The translations under genes and the position numbers were made by a program. Source: Enoplolaimus lenunculus (lineage: Eukaryota). Taken from it: a stretch of 64,000 bases of DNA. The DNA lies in contig JASANG010001546.1 of NCBI GenBank assembly GCA_030248215.1, positions 186,001 through 250,000 of the forward strand, read 5' to 3'. Below are positions 63,199 to 64,000 of this stretch, in pieces (within the stretch, counting starts at the first letter, position 1; the number at the start of each line of letters is the position of its first letter). The notes under the pieces were generated by a model. That model was not told the origin of the DNA and ran no database searches. It was given only the letters and a program-made list of their open reading frames with translations.

Positions 63199-64000
63199 GT
63201 GAGTTGAACTAGGCCTGTATAAGATGTCGTGGGGATATTGGAAATGTTCCAATTTCGAAATTTATGTTCAAGATCAATATTGTCAAATGTGTATAGCATC
63301 TATAACCAGTTAGCGATAGGTTTTCAAACTGACAAACTTCTGCAGTTGCGAAATTGAAAACTCTCACTGAAATACGGCAAAAATCAACTGAAGTACGAGA
63401 AAAAGGCTGAATATTAACGAACCTCACCAAATGATACGGGCGTAAACAAGAGAGGATATAGAGAGATATATCAACTCTAGAAATTTTGTGGCGAGACTAA
63501 AAATAACTCACTAAAGCGGGTTAGAATTCATAAACCCTAGTGGTCTAATGATCTTAGCTCCCGTTCAGATTTCTCTATACTAAGAATTTCCTTGAGGGTA
63601 CACACAGGGATCAACCGGATATTAATTTTACCATGTCAGTGTCCACTCTTGACTTGGTTGAAATTGCAGTCGCTACAAAATATCTAGTGTTTCGACATGT
63701 AAAAAGCAATTTTATAATATTTGGAACTACAACCGTAAATATTCGGTATCTGGTAGGTTTATACCGGATGCCGCAACCGGATACGGTTGTCGCTTTTGCC
63801 GATTATTAAACCGGAGCAGGATATCCGGTCGATCCGTGGTTCTTTACTCCCGCAGAAAAATTGCTGACTCCGCTCGTACATCGTGCAGTAGTCGAAATGG
63901 TTTTTGCGTCTGGGCAAAATGTTTCTGCATTTTTAAGCAAAAATATTTCTTAATTACACCGTTCAAACTCACTGCTGTCTATTTAACTTGATTCCGCTAT

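Overview
Eukaryotic, AT-rich, intron-rich and transposon-dense genomic DNA from an invertebrate animal. It is most likely a nematode (inference): 8 of the 16 splice acceptors I resolved end in TTTCAG, and the nematode telomere hexamer TTAGGC is pervasive. Two + strand protein-coding genes can be assembled by hand with consistent intron phases. (1) The 3' half of a receptor tyrosine kinase: 7 exons, 979-12130, a split kinase domain with an ~85-aa insert, closest in my recollection to the arthropod Tie-like RTK; the 5' part lies before the window. (2) An LMO7/Smallish/LIM-8-like scaffold gene: at least 10 exons, 26131 to beyond 63198, with a W-x3-L-x2-W-R-x-KRR motif and a PDZ domain split over two exons; the LIM domain is expected downstream of the window. 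Between them lies a frameshifted hAT transposase relic on the - strand. Introns and intergenic DNA are filled with about 10 non-autonomous DNA-transposon families (GG-ended 8-bp-TSD MITEs carrying TTAGGC tracts, Harbinger-, hAT-, CACTA/EnSpm-, Tc1/mariner- and Ginger-like MITEs, mini-Helitrons) and several minisatellites, many visibly born inside those MITEs. Most supplied ORFs are repeat artefacts. No prokaryote-type system is supported.
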